Shown here: piece after piece, positions 25,385 through 39,259 of the stretch | How the letters are laid out: every line of letters starts with the position of its first letter | Position numbering within the stretch: position 1 is the first letter of the stretch | Assembly: GCF_009834535.1 (NCBI RefSeq) | Contig: NC_045697.1 | Span: 75,270,001-75,334,000 of the forward strand | Length of the DNA: 64,000 nt | Origin: Camelus ferus | Lineage: Eukaryota | Direction of reading: 5' to 3' | Notes under the pieces: generated by a model | The model's database searches: none | What the model saw: the letters and a program-made list of their open reading frames with translations, nothing else | Told to the model about the DNA's origin: nothing | Position numbers and translations under genes: made by a program

Positions 25385-28300
25385 GCTTCCCACAAGTGGG
25401 TCTTATTTTCCTCCGCCCCCAATTCAGGAGTGACAAAGAGTAAAACGTTTCTATCACCCCCACGTTCCCGCCCTCCTCTTTTCTTTTCCCTGCGGCAGCT
25501 CCTTCTGAGGCTTCCCCTCCTGCTTCTCCTTAGCCCCCTCCCACTCCCTCTCCAATCTACAACAACTGAGAAAAATGTATTCACTCCCAGAGGAATATGC
25601 GGGCCCTAGTTCCTGACAACCGCTCCAGAGGGTGGAAGAACCTTTGGAAATAAACGGAGGGCAAATGTGGAAGTGGAGAGGGGCAAGCTGCCACTGCACT
25701 TCGGGACCGCCAGCACCCTTCCATGGGTTCCCAACCTATCTCCAGTCTCTGACTCGGAGCAGAGCACTGGAAAAGCCCTATAGAAGACTGAGGAAAGTGA
25801 GCATCTGGGCGTTAATACCGTGGACTGTGTACGCTCAAGTTTGGTTTTAGCCTGTGCCTCCCAGTAGAGGTTTGGAGCTGGCGCTGTGTTGGTGAGCCAG
25901 AGGGTGCCCACCGATCCGGATAGGGACTTTGGGAAGAGAAGCAATAGAGAAGGGAGATAGATGCTTCTACTCTACCTCCCGGGAGGCATTTAGGACTTTC
26001 TAGTCTCCTCCTTCTCCATCCTCCAGCCCCCCACCCCACCACACACGCAGCGTATGTCTATGTCCCTGACGAGCTAGGAGGAACGGGGTGCCCCTGAGTA
26101 CACTCCGAGACTTAATCTTACAGCTCTAGCGGGCATCTTTACGGTTCCAGGTAACTCCCCTCTTGCAAAGGGGAAATCCCAGACCAGAATGAACAGGGGC
26201 AAGGGAGTCTTTGAGGTCCTGCCTTCCTCCGCTTTCTGCATCTCAGCCTCTGGGAATTCCATGGGAAGCCTTTCCTGCCAAACCCCGAGGCTCCCCAGGT
26301 CCAGTTCGCCACTGTGGTCGAAAGGGGCTGGGAGAAGAGCAGGAGCGCGCGGGCGCGCGGCGCTTGGGGGCGCCAGTGGCAGCTGCGGAACGAGGCGCGT
26401 AAGGATTGCAGGAGACAAGCTGTAGCTGTCGCAGGCAATCTCCCGCTTGGAGATGTTCGCCGGCTTAGAGCGCCAAGGCTGCCACAGTACTGCGAGGGCT
26501 TAGGAGGTTGTTGCATTTCTCCCTCTCCCGCGAGCTAACTTCCGCGCACGAAGAAATCGAGGCAGTGCGGCACAACTGGGCGGCTAACCGCTAGGGGAGG
26601 AGGCGGCTCTTTCCAACCACTAATTTTCAGACCTGGGTTCGTCAGCTTTCACACCTGATCCTGGTACACACCAGCACGTACAGGGGTAGACAGTCAATAC
26701 GTCGCTAAGTGAAAATCTTAGTGACTCCTTTCTTCCTACCCTCAAAAGGTCCGAGTCTAAAGTGTGACTTTATAGCTGGGTTTCTCCCAGGCTGCACCCA
26801 CTTTGTCTATTTCTGCTACGCTCTGTGAGTCTGTCTGCAGTGAAATTCTTCATTTTTCATAAAGCTTTTTTTTTATTTTTAATACACGAACAAGAGGTAA
26901 TTAAAACGAACTCTGGGGCATGTTTTCTTATCTTTGGATTGCCTTGTGCTTCCTCAGGGTAGAGATTTTCACATTAAAAAAATTTTTTTCACTTTTTAAA
27001 AATATGTCCAGAAATGGATTTGTAAGGACAAGTGAAGCATTCCAGGCACTAGTGGAGGGCAAGGAAACTGACCCAAAGTCTCTAGATAAGTACTTGGGAT
27101 TCAGTGCTTAGACTTTACAGAAGGGAATGTCACTCCCACCATCTGCTGAAGAGCCAACTCAAATGAATCAAGAGAAAATTTGAAGATCCTTTGCCTGTTT
27201 CTGTTGGTTTCCTCTTTCTTTACCACCAACCAAAATAAGATGCCACATAGTCAGACCGAACCCCCACCAGATGCTAAGAAGAAAAGTGGTGTAAAGCTCA
27301 GCGTATTTACTCACAAGAAACCCTTCAGCTCTGGGTATCAGGGTAAAGAGATTCTCTCAGAGTTACACAGAACCCTACAAGCTCCAAGAGCAAATCTTTA
27401 CAAACACAGTTAAAAATCAAAGTTCACAGGGATGTTACTTTCACAAACAATGTCCCTCATGTAGAAAACAGTATCTCACTATGGAATCAAATGCTAAAAT
27501 ACACACAACTACACCTTAGGCTAAAAACGAGGTAAAAACTAACTTCATTCATGATCCAAATGCTCTCTGTAAAACTGTGTAGAAGACAGAAAGAGAGAGA
27601 CACACGTTACCCATATGTAGACACACAGATATGCATACACAAAATCAACTAACTGCAAATAAACATAATCCTTTGGATTACTGACTTAATCCCACATGTG
27701 TTTTCTCATGTGTGTTTTCATAAGTATGAAGATAAAAGTTTCATATTCTACTTGGAAAACAGATCTTTTGTGCCTTTTGCAATAGCATCATTAGGGAGTA
27801 AATATAAAAAAGCACCACTGTTCAGAAGTAAGGATAGGGTTCTCTTGTCCAGAAGAAAGTACCTCTGTGGACAGTTTCTCCTCTGTCCCTCCTTACCCTC
27901 TCTGTCTGCTCCCCTAGCTGTGGGGTCGTTTTGGTTCCACAGAAAAACCACACCTGTCTCAGCAGTTGCTCTGGGTCCTGGCTTCCTTCTGAATACTTCG
28001 GCCCAAGGTAAGCTAAGGGTATACCTCATCGCCTTATTCTTGTTTTTCATTTTATTATCTCTCTCCCTGCATTAGAAACCACTTCCTACAATAGCCTATT
28101 TAGCAGTTGGTCATGCATTCACTGTATTAAATTTAGGGCCTTGAGAATACAAATATTAAGTCAGGGCCTTGGGAGTGGAGAGGTTTACAGACCACGGTGA
28201 AAGCTTTCACTCACTGAGATCTGCCTCTCCCCCGCTCCAGAGTTGCTGCTATCCACCTTCCTCTGTCCTCATCCACTGCTGAATTCTGCCATTCTCAGTC

Positions 28301-30682
28301 TTCCACAGTGTGTCTGGAACTTCCACACTGGATTGAATTCATATGACTATGGGAATAAAAATACTAGGAATGTCTCCCAGAGTCTTTCCTTTTCTCTCAA
28401 GTCACATGTATACTTTGACAGTGTACAGGGAGACAGTATTCCTACATTTGTAGTTGTGGTTAAATCCAAAGAAATTTGTGGTCAAATCCAAAGAAATGAC
28501 ACTAGCTACGGGCTTATTAGGGAAGTGAGAACAGAAGTATGGTACTATGGCAAATTTGGGAAGAGAGATTACTTAGTCGTAGGTCCCACAGGACCCCAAA
28601 GCATCTTGTTCACACTAGATGGACGTGAAACTTCTTCATCGTGTTGGGTGTTAAAGGATTTGGAAAACATGGTTATGTGGGTTTCCTCTCTCCATAGTAA
28701 ACCAGCCTGCCTGGTTCTTTATTCTAGTAGTACTCATACTTTGGATCTTATCCCATGGGAATTTTTGTTTCTCACTTTGCCTGAGGAAAAACAGTACCAT
28801 GTGTTGGTGTCAATTACATCTTCAATAATTTGTAATAATGAACATTAATACTGGTATTGTGAACATTTTTGTGTTTCTTGATAGGTCCAATTTCCATCCA
28901 GATATGAAAAATTGCATCTCCTATTCTATCCCTGCCACAGTTTTAACTGTTAACCCCCTTCTGACTTGATCTCCTTGACAACAGGACAAGCCAATGGCTT
29001 GTTTTTTGAGCCTTGACATATCAATCATCTTCTCAATATTTTATCTGCCACCCAAATAAAAGCAATTTACTGAACAAATCCCTCCCTTTGAGCCTGAACC
29101 CAACTAACTAAAAGCATGCAAATAATATAGTCAGCAACTCAGGTGGACAAACTTCTATTGATTCTTGTGCATGTGAGTTACCTTAGGTGAAACTGACTTT
29201 AGAAACACTCTGCAAATGTTTAACACCAAGCCTTCCCCTTTATGATGCACAATTTCTGCTGGTTCTATACACTGCACACCTTCCTTGGTGGTCCAACTTA
29301 CTCTCGCTGCTGAGCTCTGGCAGGTCGTTTCACGATTCATCTTTGGAAAAAGTACTGTACTTGGTGGTGAAGGAGAAATATGTATAATTCTTGAGAGAGG
29401 TTCATTACAAGAAATTTCATCTTGAACAACAAAGTAAACAACTTTTAGATAATCAGGGCTTGGCAGAAGTCCAACAAGGAAGTTAGCACTGCTGTATTTC
29501 TGACAGGACCTCGTGGGAGAGGGCTCCAGCAACATGCATTTTTAAATGCCTCTCTTGTTACTATTTTCATTTGTGGGAGGGTTGTGTTGGTCAGTTGATT
29601 GTTTGGTTGTTTTTAATCAACTGCACAGATTCGGAAGCAACCATAAGTCAGGCAAAACCTTCTATGAATCCAAACCTGCCAACAAGGAGAAGGATAGATT
29701 TGTAACCTGCTATTACTACAGGTTATTTCCAGAGCAAACATTACTCAAATGGGGAGACTATTGAAACTCTGGCAATTTATTCCATCTGAAATGATTTGGT
29801 CATTTGCAGTAAGGAAATATTAAAAATGGAAGGGAAGGGTAGCTAATCCAGTCATGGTAAAATGTATTTGTTCCTGGTCGGTCATCTGAACTTATGAGTA
29901 GTGAACATAGAAAAACTTTAACTGTACAATAAATTGTGGCATAGATTGAAAAATAATGGGAAAACTATTTGCAAAACATAAGGAAATAGGCTCCTAAGTG
30001 GCAATTTAAAATCTGTGTGTTTGAAGCATAACCACACTCGGTAACAGGGAATGTAAATTGTGTTTAGTTTATTTTCAAATGATCAGTTTGTATAGATCCT
30101 ACCTTTTGATACCCTGGGAATAGGCTCCAATGCTCAAAAACAGTTTGAGGTGTGAAAAAAATCAAGATATTAAACTTCAATCAGTTTATGGAATTTTATA
30201 CATAACTAGCTTGGAAGACAGAGCAATAATAAAAAAAGTAATAATAACCAAAGTAGATTGCTTACCATATGCCAGGCTTGCTAAGTACTTTTCATGTATT
30301 ACATGTTTTATCTCTTATTTGTACCCCATAGTTCATGTCTTTAAAACAATGTCCAACGTTAAAATAACACTGAGCAAAGAGTAGCATGCTGCACAGCGAG
30401 CCCTCGTTTGTAGTCACAGATGCCCAGTTACGGCAACATGCAGAGTGCACCTAAGCAAAGGAGAATCCGCCACAAGAACATGGAGGTGCCTTTGCATCAC
30501 TGCAGCAGGACTTAACACTGATTCCTCTGAAGGAGCCAAGATAAATCACCTGGTAAAGGGCTACAGATAACACCAACAATATAAGTAGATGAGTACCTAT
30601 ATTGCAGTTTTGACTAATGTAGTATAAAGCCTCTTGGAAGCTGAATGATCATAGAGCAGAGAACTCTGCTGTCTAAGGATGG

Positions 30683-31061
30683 TGTCTCAGTCTGCTCAGG
30701 CTGCTATAACAAAGTGTGTGTACTACAATGGGAGGGGGGTTGCTTAAGCAACAGAAATGTATTTTCTTACAGTTCTGGAGGCTGGAAGTCCAAGATCAAG
30801 GTGTCAGCAGGTTTGGTTTCTTCCAAGGCCTTTTTCCTTGGCTTGCAGAGGCCCTTTTCTCACTGTTCTGCCTGTCTTTGTCCAAATTCCCTCTTATCAT
30901 AAGGACACGTTGTAGTGGATTAGGCCCTATCCTAAAGACCTCACTTTAACTTAATTACCTTTGAAAAATCTTATCTCCAAATGCAGTTACGTTCTGAGGT
31001 TCTGGGGGTTAGGGCTTCAACATACGAATCTGAGGAGGGGGCACACAGTTCAGCCATAACA
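30683..31061 (-). mobile_element. MLT1 (MaLR) solo LTR
   Basis: Classic motif cagttctggaggctggaagtccaagatcaaggtgtcagcagg, TG...CA ends, and a perfect 5-bp TSD GATGG at 30678-30682 and 31062-31066. Confidence 0.92.
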
Positions 31062-32799
31062 GATGGCTTTGTAGACATGGTGTAGATAAAACATTTGGAG
31101 AAAGAGTAACACTTCTGGAACTCTGCCAGAGTTCCGGAACTTATTGTGGGAAATACGTCATATGGTCACTTAAAAGTGCTATTTAAATTTTTCCTATTAC
31201 CATTTTACCTCTAGCCTGTGTTAATGATCATAACTTCCTCACTTTCCTTCTGTGTGTGAATGATGGCTAAATATGAACCCAGCTGACTGAGTCTAAATGT
31301 GACTGTCAGGATTCCAGTGGGGCCCTGAAAAAGAAAACAAAGAACACAAGCTATTTGCCAAGAAGATAAGATCGCTTCTACATTTAACAACCACACTTTC
31401 TTAATGAAAGATGGAAACAATAAAGTACAGGAGTATATGATACAAAAATGAAATCACTGTAGATCAAAGAAAAAGGAAGCAACCATCAAAAATAGAGTAA
31501 TCTAGCAATCAGCAAGTTGTTCTGTCGCTAACTTAATTTGTCCACTTATTTAATTTGATTTGTTCAATTTACTCAGTAAATTAATAGTTACTTGGAATCA
31601 TAGTACCTTTAATTAATTCAAGGCAGTGCTGAATATGTGGGAGCAGAGGGAATATCTCATTTCATTGAAACTACTCATGAAATCAATTTTTAATATATGT
31701 GTACTTTGACCATTTACTTTTTAAATTATCAAGAAATCTGAGTTAGAATAAGCTCAAATTTAGGTTAGCTTTTTAATTTTAGTTGTTATTGTTTTTTCTG
31801 AAATCCATAAAATGTTTTGGTTGTTAAATGTCAAGAATATACGTGTAGATGTGAATATACCTAAGACCAAGTACTATCTCCTAGAACATAACAAATGTTT
31901 CCACGTCTTAAAATTGGGGTAGCCTTGTTCTGCAATAGAATGTTGTATATTTTAATTAATAATAAAGGGAAATTCATAAATCTTTGATCAGTTTGCTTTT
32001 TAGTATCCAAGTGTATTATACAAATTTTATCTTATGTAATAGAATTATTCAAATTTTGAAAATGATCTATAATACTGAATATATTGCTCCCCTTCACTTA
32101 ACATTGGAACTAGCACTGGTTCCAGGGATATGCCAGCTGGGACCCATTCTAATGCGAAAATTCAAGATACATTTATAATAACCTAAGCATTATCTTCAAG
32201 TTCACAGAATTATATGATATGTTTGCATAATTTTAGGAGGTCATCCATTTAAAAGCTGACAGTTGCAAGTTCTGATCAAAAGTTATGCTTGTTACAGTCC
32301 AACCCTCTTCATTTTCTTTAACCAACTGTAGATACAGCCTAAGGCTGTTAATTTTAAGTTAATTTGTATCTGTCTCTCATTTGTATCTATCTGTCCCTCA
32401 TTTGTAACACATTTTCTGAATATAACAGACATGATCATCTGATTTCTTTTTCAAAGGCCATTTAATGTTAAAATGCCTTGAGGGAAACCACTCTAAGTAA
32501 TTCCTCAACATCAGTTCATTATATTGGAGACGGAAATTGCAATCCATCATGGTATTATTCTCTGATAAAAGAAGAGTTCCTATTAACTGTTAGAAATGGG
32601 CTTTAAAAAATCAGTAATCTTACATAGTTATTATTAGTCTGCAAGAGTGGGAAGAGGTCCAAGTTCATGCAGCAGAGGGCAGTAATGCATATTTATCCAA
32701 GGTTAGAAAAAAACACTAGAGAACGTTACAAAGTAACTTTTCTGGAGAAAAGTGTTTAAAGGCCTTTACTGTACCGGTATTATAAAATGGAAGAGAACT

Positions 32800-34985
32800 A
32801 AAAAATGGATTCATCTACTCCTCTAGAGAAGAGGTTGCAATACCTCTCAAATCTTAGATTGCCAAAATTGAAAAAAAATTTTTTAAACCTTTCCTTTATC
32901 AAACTACACAGAAGGAGCCATCTTCGTTGTCAAGACTTATGCAGAGCATTAAGTAGAGCATTGGTTGAATCAGCTCAGGAAATATCCACAATGAAGTTCT
33001 ATGTAACTATAAAAAGGAATAAGTAATATATCTAATATAATGCTATGCAGTGATCGCCAAGATGTATTGTTAAGTGAAAAAAGGCAAGATGGAAAACTGT
33101 ACTATCATTTAACTAAGAAAGGATAGTTACTAATATAAATCTGTAACTATATGTCTATTGATTTGTCTTTCCTTGTGAGTTAAAAAAAAAAAAGACAAAC
33201 CACCACAAAAATAAAGTGGAGGACAGGAATAACAGGAATAGGGTGGAGGCAACCATGGAGATAAACTAGCTTTAAATTCATAGAGTTGCCTGTGTAACCA
33301 TATAAATATTTCATGTAACTATGAAATAATTATTCATTATTGAACTATTGTCAATAATCAGATTCTTAGTGGTAGGGTTGTTATCATTATCTTGAAACTT
33401 TCCTGTGGCTTCTATGGGGCTGTAATTACTTTTGTGTGATGGGGCACCAGGATTTTTGATATTGGAGATGGGAGAAACAGATGTAAGATCTATGAGGGTA
33501 AGCATAAGTAAATCATGTATGCTGAAATTTGAATTCTCACATTACTATTAACTTCCTTCTAAAAGGATCAAGGACTCTTTCTGCAGAAAAGCCTAAAGTC
33601 TAAATTAGGAAATACACAGAATCAGCCTTATCGTCTTGACAAATCAGATAGCAAGGAAATTATAAAACACCACTGAGATCATGTCTGAAGGACTAGAAGC
33701 CAACCTAAAGAGCCTCCCCTAGGCAAATGTTCATAAATAAGGAAACTGCAATATATTGAAACTCATAAAATAGACTTAGACCCATTAATTTATAACAGTA
33801 TTTTAAAAATCCAGTCGCCTCTGGATCATGCAAAGTAAACAGCTTATTATTTTGAAAAATTATAAAGGAGAAAGAATGAGCATTTATTCTGCCTTTCCTA
33901 GTCTCACCACACCTCAGGATAGCCAAATAAATTATCAAGAAATCTTCTTCATATAGGAGTTAATATATGAAGAACAGATGATAGAATTAGAGTATCACCA
34001 TTTTATAATCCCTAGGGAGTTATGGGATCTTGGGCAATCATCAATGTTTAATAACATTGCAGAGATTGAGACAGCCAAACACTGTGTGCAGCTTGATGGC
34101 AGTACACATTACAGATGACCCTTGAACAGCGTGGGTGTGAACTACATGGGTCCATTTATACACAAAGGTTTTTCAATAAATACATACTACAGTACTACAC
34201 CATCCAACGTTGGTTGAATTGGCAGATGTGGAACCAAGGATATGAGGGGACAATTATAAAGTGGTATGTGCATCTTCAACCATACATAGGGTTGGTGTCC
34301 CTAAAGCCCACGCTTTTAAAGGGTCAATTGTACCAGCTATCAAATTGTCTTGCCAAAAAATTAAATCTGAATCTGATCAAGCCTTTAGATTGAAGTACAG
34401 ATTTTCAGATATATAGGGAACAGAGGAACATGTTAAATAGACCATGGGGATGAAATCAGTAAAATCCTGATCATGTGCAAAACTCTGCATAACAAATGAC
34501 TCAATTTTTACAAATAGCAACAACAACAAGAAATTGCAAGGAAAAAAGGGTGACAGAGGAAGAGACCCATAAATTAAAAGCTAATTGATACCCATTAAAC
34601 AATTGTAATCCATATAGGATTGGATATGATATAAGCAAACAATTGGATCTGATATAAGCAAACAAATTGAAAAAATTGTATGATGGATATTTGATATATT
34701 TAAGAGCTACTGTTAAGTTTTAAGGTGTAATCATGGTTTCTGTGTATGAGTTTTCTTAGAGAGTCTTTCATCTTTTAAAAATAAACAGTATAATATTTAC
34801 AAGATGAAAAGGCTTTAGGTACAGGATTTGCTTCAAAATAATCTCAGGGGAGGGTATTAGGATGTAAGTGAAACCTGACTGGTCATGAGTTGGTAATTGT
34901 TGAAGCTGAGTGGCGTGTGCATATAAATTCATTATACTCTTCTATTTTTACAGTTTTTAAAACTTCCATAAATAAAAGTGAAAAC
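32800..34985 (+). mobile_element. Old L1 (L1MC/L1ME-type) 3' fragments, interrupted by a Tigger MITE
   Basis: L1 3'UTR-like motifs (caagatgtattgttaagtgaaaaaaggcaag; ggatttgcttcaaaataatc; aattgttgaagctgagtgg ... ttcattatactcttct). Confidence 0.6.
34112..34330 (+). mobile_element. Tigger2-derived MITE (TcMar)
   Basis: TIRs cagatgacccttgaacagcgtggg / cccacgcttttaaagggtcaattg, with TA on both sides. Confidence 0.85.
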
Positions 34986-35684
34986 AGCCATAATCATAAC
35001 ACATTTAAGGCAAGATCTCCATTTATACAAACAGGTGGCCTTTGGGGCAAAATATCTTCATGAATATTAATTATATCATTTTATATTCCTCAAAACTTTT
35101 CAAGAGGACCGAAAACATTGAAACATTAGGCCTGTAACTTTCTTAAAGTCCTCATGAGGAATTAACCCCTTCTAAATTCTTCTGCAATGACAAGTTGGCT
35201 TCAGAACCACTATCCGTTTATATTTCTTACCAGGAGATATATCTAGAACAAGCATGTTTTGAGTTTTTTAAAATGATATCCAATTTCAACACTATCCTTT
35301 TGTTTCGATAATAACACTTTAGACAGTGTGTCCTGATTTAGTTTGGGGGAAAAATATTCAGTGTACTCAGATCCCAAGGCAATGCATTTTATAGTGTGGA
35401 ATGGATAGTGGTAATTCAGGTTTAGAAGCTAGAGGAGAAAAAAAAATGAGAATGTCCCAGAAATAGTTGTATAAGAAGATAATTCCTGTACAAATGTACA
35501 AAATAATGCTATTGATACTTGGGTTCACCTCTGAGAGGTAAGTCTGACAACTGGGTTAAATTTTTTAAGAGGAAGTATACCTATAAGTGGACACGTACTG
35601 AATTGGATGCCCAGACCCCCACCTCCTTCGCAGAGAGTAGTTTTCTTTAAGAAAAGCCTCTCATCTCATCTACAGTTCTTTATT

Positions 35685-36062
35685 TTTGTATTGTATGGTA
35701 TGTGATTCTTTTTCTACTGAAGCATATTTGATGTACAATATTGTGTTAGTTTCAGGTGTACATCAAAGTGATTCAGTTATAAATATTTTTCAGACTATTT
35801 TCCATTATAGATTATTACAAGATATAGGATATAATTCCCTGTGCTATACAGTGAATCCTTGTTATTTATCTATTTTATGTATAGTAGTTTGTATCTGTTA
35901 ATCCATACTCCTAATTTGTCCCTCACCTCTCCCTCTTTCCTTTGGTCGCCGTAAGTTTGCTTTCTATGTCTGGAAGTCTGTTTCTGTTTTGTATATAGAT
36001 TCATTTATATTATTTTTTAGATTCCACACATAAGTGATATCATATAATATTTGTCTTTCTTT
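35685..36062 (-). mobile_element. 5'-truncated L1 3' end
   Basis: Antisense L1 3'UTR (ttagattccacacataagtgatatcatataatatttgtctttct; ttccctgtgctatacagt). It is homologous to the copy near 60.7-61.0 kb. Confidence 0.85.
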
Positions 36063-36521
36063 TAGCTGCGGAACAAATCTTCTGGCAGTCATGTTGCTAC
36101 AACACCATTTGCCTCTGGCCTTATGGTACACAGATTTGGTGTTGCATCTGACCCAATCAGGCCATTGAGCCCCTTCCTTCCCTGTGAAACTTGCAATTAG
36201 CACAAAAATAATAGTCTAATTCTGTTTGTGTTTTTGATATAAGAAGATGCAAATCCAGAAGCTGTTGGTAATATTTTTTGTCTTGTGGGCAGGAAGGAAA
36301 GAAAGTCAGTCTTTGGTGAGAGAGACTGATGCAGAAGAGCAGAGAGAGGAGAAGACGAATGATGGAGATAGGGACTTACTAGGTGATATTAAAAATGAGA
36401 GATTAGATATTCAGATGGATGTATGGATAGATGGATAAGGAGGTAAACAGACATATAGCGAGACAGAGACAGAACAAAAGAGGTCCATGAGCGGTTGTCA
36501 CATACAAATAACTGTAGCTTT

Positions 36522-36525
36522 TATA

Positions 36526-36556
<31 letters not shown>
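36522..36556. repeat. (TG)n microsatellite ending in (CG)n
   Basis: Directly visible: tatatgtgtg...gtgcgcgcg. Confidence 0.9.
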
Positions 36557-37944
36557 ATAGTTAAATGAGAAAAGCAAAATGCAGAAAAATATAATCTGTG
36601 TTTGTGTGTGTATCTGCACAAGCTGATCATTAAAATGAAACTCATACTCCTAACGCTGGTTTCATCTAATGTTCATTTCACTTCAGGACTGAGGGAAATG
36701 GGTTGGTGAAGGGTATTTTTTTTATTACACCTATTTCAATATTATTTAAATTTTTATAGCTCATTTGTGTTTTGTTTTGTTTATGTAAATGTTAAGATAT
36801 ACTTTTATTCCCATATTACTTGAATGGGAAGAAAAACAAAATTTAAAACTGTTAATATCTAGGAAACACTGAGCAAGAACTCAGGGCCTTCAAAACAATT
36901 AGTAAAAGACATAAAATTCTGTCAATTAAAATTTTATCAATTCTTAACTTTACTGCTAAAAAAAACAAGTAACAGCATAAGACCCATTTTTGGAATGCAA
37001 TATTTTATTTCCTTTCATAGACCTGCTCTCTTGTGTTTACTTAGGCTAACACTAAATAAATTGCTATTCCCTAAGCATCCACATTCCCTGAAAGAAAGAA
37101 GCCATAAATTGTGTCACTTAGTGACAGAGGCAGGGCTGGGAATAAATACTCAGGACAGAAAATTTAAAATATATTATATCAAGAGTAGGAACTCTGATTT
37201 TCTGGTTTTGTAATTTTTTCCCAAAATACTTTAGCTCCATCAACTGGGTTTCATATTAACATAAGTCTATAAAAATAAATGATTATATATAAATTACAAT
37301 TGACAACTGACAAACACATTTAGTAAAAGCTGATCTTGAATAAATTTTATCAGCTAGTTACTTCACAGTGATGCAATCAAGCCTTTTTGTTTATTGAACA
37401 TTCTGATCAATAACTGGTCCACAGTTGCCTAGGGCATCAGTAGCCAGATCCAAACCAAACTTCATCCCAACTTCACTTAAGCACCATTTCCAATAAATTC
37501 CACTTAAGTAAGGTCTGTGCATTTTCCTTCTTGGACGCTAGAGGGAGACTGTTTGCAGTTATCCACTTTTATGCATATTTTGCAGGAAGGCTTTGTACTT
37601 TTTATCATCATCCAGTCTGTGGCTGCGGAAAGTCACACATAGCAGCTTCCCACCCTTAAGCCCTATCAGGAAAACACATCTTTATGAACATCCTTCTGTC
37701 ATACATGGGAGTGATACCAATTTAGAAAATAGTTCACATTTATTTATAAAATGAGATTATAAACTGAGGAAATTTAAGGTAGGTAAAAATGGCATTGAAC
37801 CAAACAAGACCATAGCTTAGAATGTGTTAATCTAATCATATTTACATATTTATTTTTAAAAGTGTAATAGCTAAACTCTTAGAACCTCAGAGGATACAAC
37901 CAATTGGTACTAAAGTATTGTGGTAGAAAATATACAATGTTACC

Positions 37945-38365
37945 CTCTGTGTTCTCATCTCCCCCTGCTCTCCTTATTTATTCAGTCCCAACACACCAGC
38001 CTCACTGCTGTTGCTGAATCTCCAGACACATTCTCACCAGGAACATCTCACTGGCTAATCCCTCTGCCCACAGCTTCTTCCTGCCAACATCATGTGGCTC
38101 ATTTCCTCAGTGGTTCAAGAAGACTTTGCCCAGATGTCATCTTCCCAATCAAGTCCACCCTACTTCAAATTGCATCACTACCGCCACATAGCCCTCCTTA
38201 TTTCTAATTATTTCTATTATTCTACATGTTTTATTTATTTATTCTGTTGATTATTGCCTACATCCTTCATTAACATGCAAGCTCAGTAAGGGTGAGGATT
38301 TCAGTCTATTTTACATATCAATGAATGTATCCCACACACCTATATTAATGCCTTACATGTAGAAG
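37945..38365 (+). mobile_element. L2 fragment
   Basis: Pyrimidine-rich L2 3' region (cacaccagcctcactgctgtt ... aagctcagtaagggtgaggattt). Confidence 0.65.
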
Positions 38366-39259
38366 GTACTAAAGGTTAAAAGGCTTAATTAAATCCTCTT
38401 CGATTCAATTCAATAAAACATTATTGCTTTGTACTTGAATTTAATAATATTTTTCATAATCTCACCGTCTGTTATGGAATGAGTTTCTCCTACCAGAAAA
38501 ACTTGCAAAGATAATAATATTATCTTTCTTTAACATAGAATCTTACTCCACAAGCACTGATGGATAGCTATCATGTCTGTCTTCCTTGTGGTTTGACACT
38601 TGAAATCCCTTCATTTAAAAAAAAATCTATGAATAATAAATCGTTTTGTCATTTTTTTTCTCTTCTCTTATATCCATTATAATGTATCTGTATTTTTCCA
38701 TTGGAGTTGAAGAGATATAAACAATGGCTTAGAGTAAGAATAACCACAAGCAAAATTGTGAAGTTAGACCAAGTAACTCTTTGATGCTGTGCCAACAAAA
38801 ATCATCTAATATTCCACCTCCCTTAGACACTGTCCCTTGGAACACTGTTTTATCACTAGCCATCAGCTAATCCCTGCTAGAGCACCAACTCTGAGTAGCT
38901 TAAGATACTACTGCTCTCAGGGGATATTTGTGTCCGAATAAAACTGGAAAACTCCAAGACCCCTAGGATCCAAAAAAGTACTCTCTCTGTCACGTAGTGG
39001 GAGGGAATATTTGGGACAAAGAGGAAATATCCAGGTACTCTTAGAATCATATCACATGAACAGTCTCCGCTCCTAAGACTGTCACTGGATGAATGATTTT
39101 TGAATTGGTGGATCCTATTTGGAAGATTATGCACTATCAGTGTGTAAGAATGTGTAGATCAACAGGCCATAACTGAGAAGAACAAAGCTATAATAACTGG
39201 GATGGGCAGACGAAGCCAGAATAAATACAGAAATGGCAGAAGTATGGAATATATATAGG

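Larger units (their letters stand above)
24150..26610. promoter_or_regulatory. CpG island spanning DKK2 exon 1 and promoter
   Basis: Sharp rise in GC and CpG content (e.g. gcgcgcgggcgcgcggcgc near 26345) against CpG-depleted, AT-rich flanks. Confidence 0.9.

Noticed and set aside
23104..26538. Many overlapping Pro/Arg/Gly-rich ORFs on both strands
   Set aside because: These are expected from stop-codon scarcity in GC-rich CpG islands.
28243..28848. Longest ORF in the window (201 aa, TTG start)
   Set aside because: No recognisable domain, a composition typical of non-coding DNA, and no evident exon structure. A tBLASTn or PhyloCSF test would be needed to revive it.
31113..31139. Near-perfect 13-bp inverted repeat ttctggaactctg-c-cagagttccggaa (also a 9-bp one at 40082-40102)
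   Set aside because: Too short for a pre-miRNA, and isolated short palindromes are expected in 64 kb.
34620..34665. 23-bp tandem duplication (similar short ones near 18025, 20858 and 32365)
   Set aside because: Two-copy slippage duplications without spacers; not a CRISPR-like or functional array.
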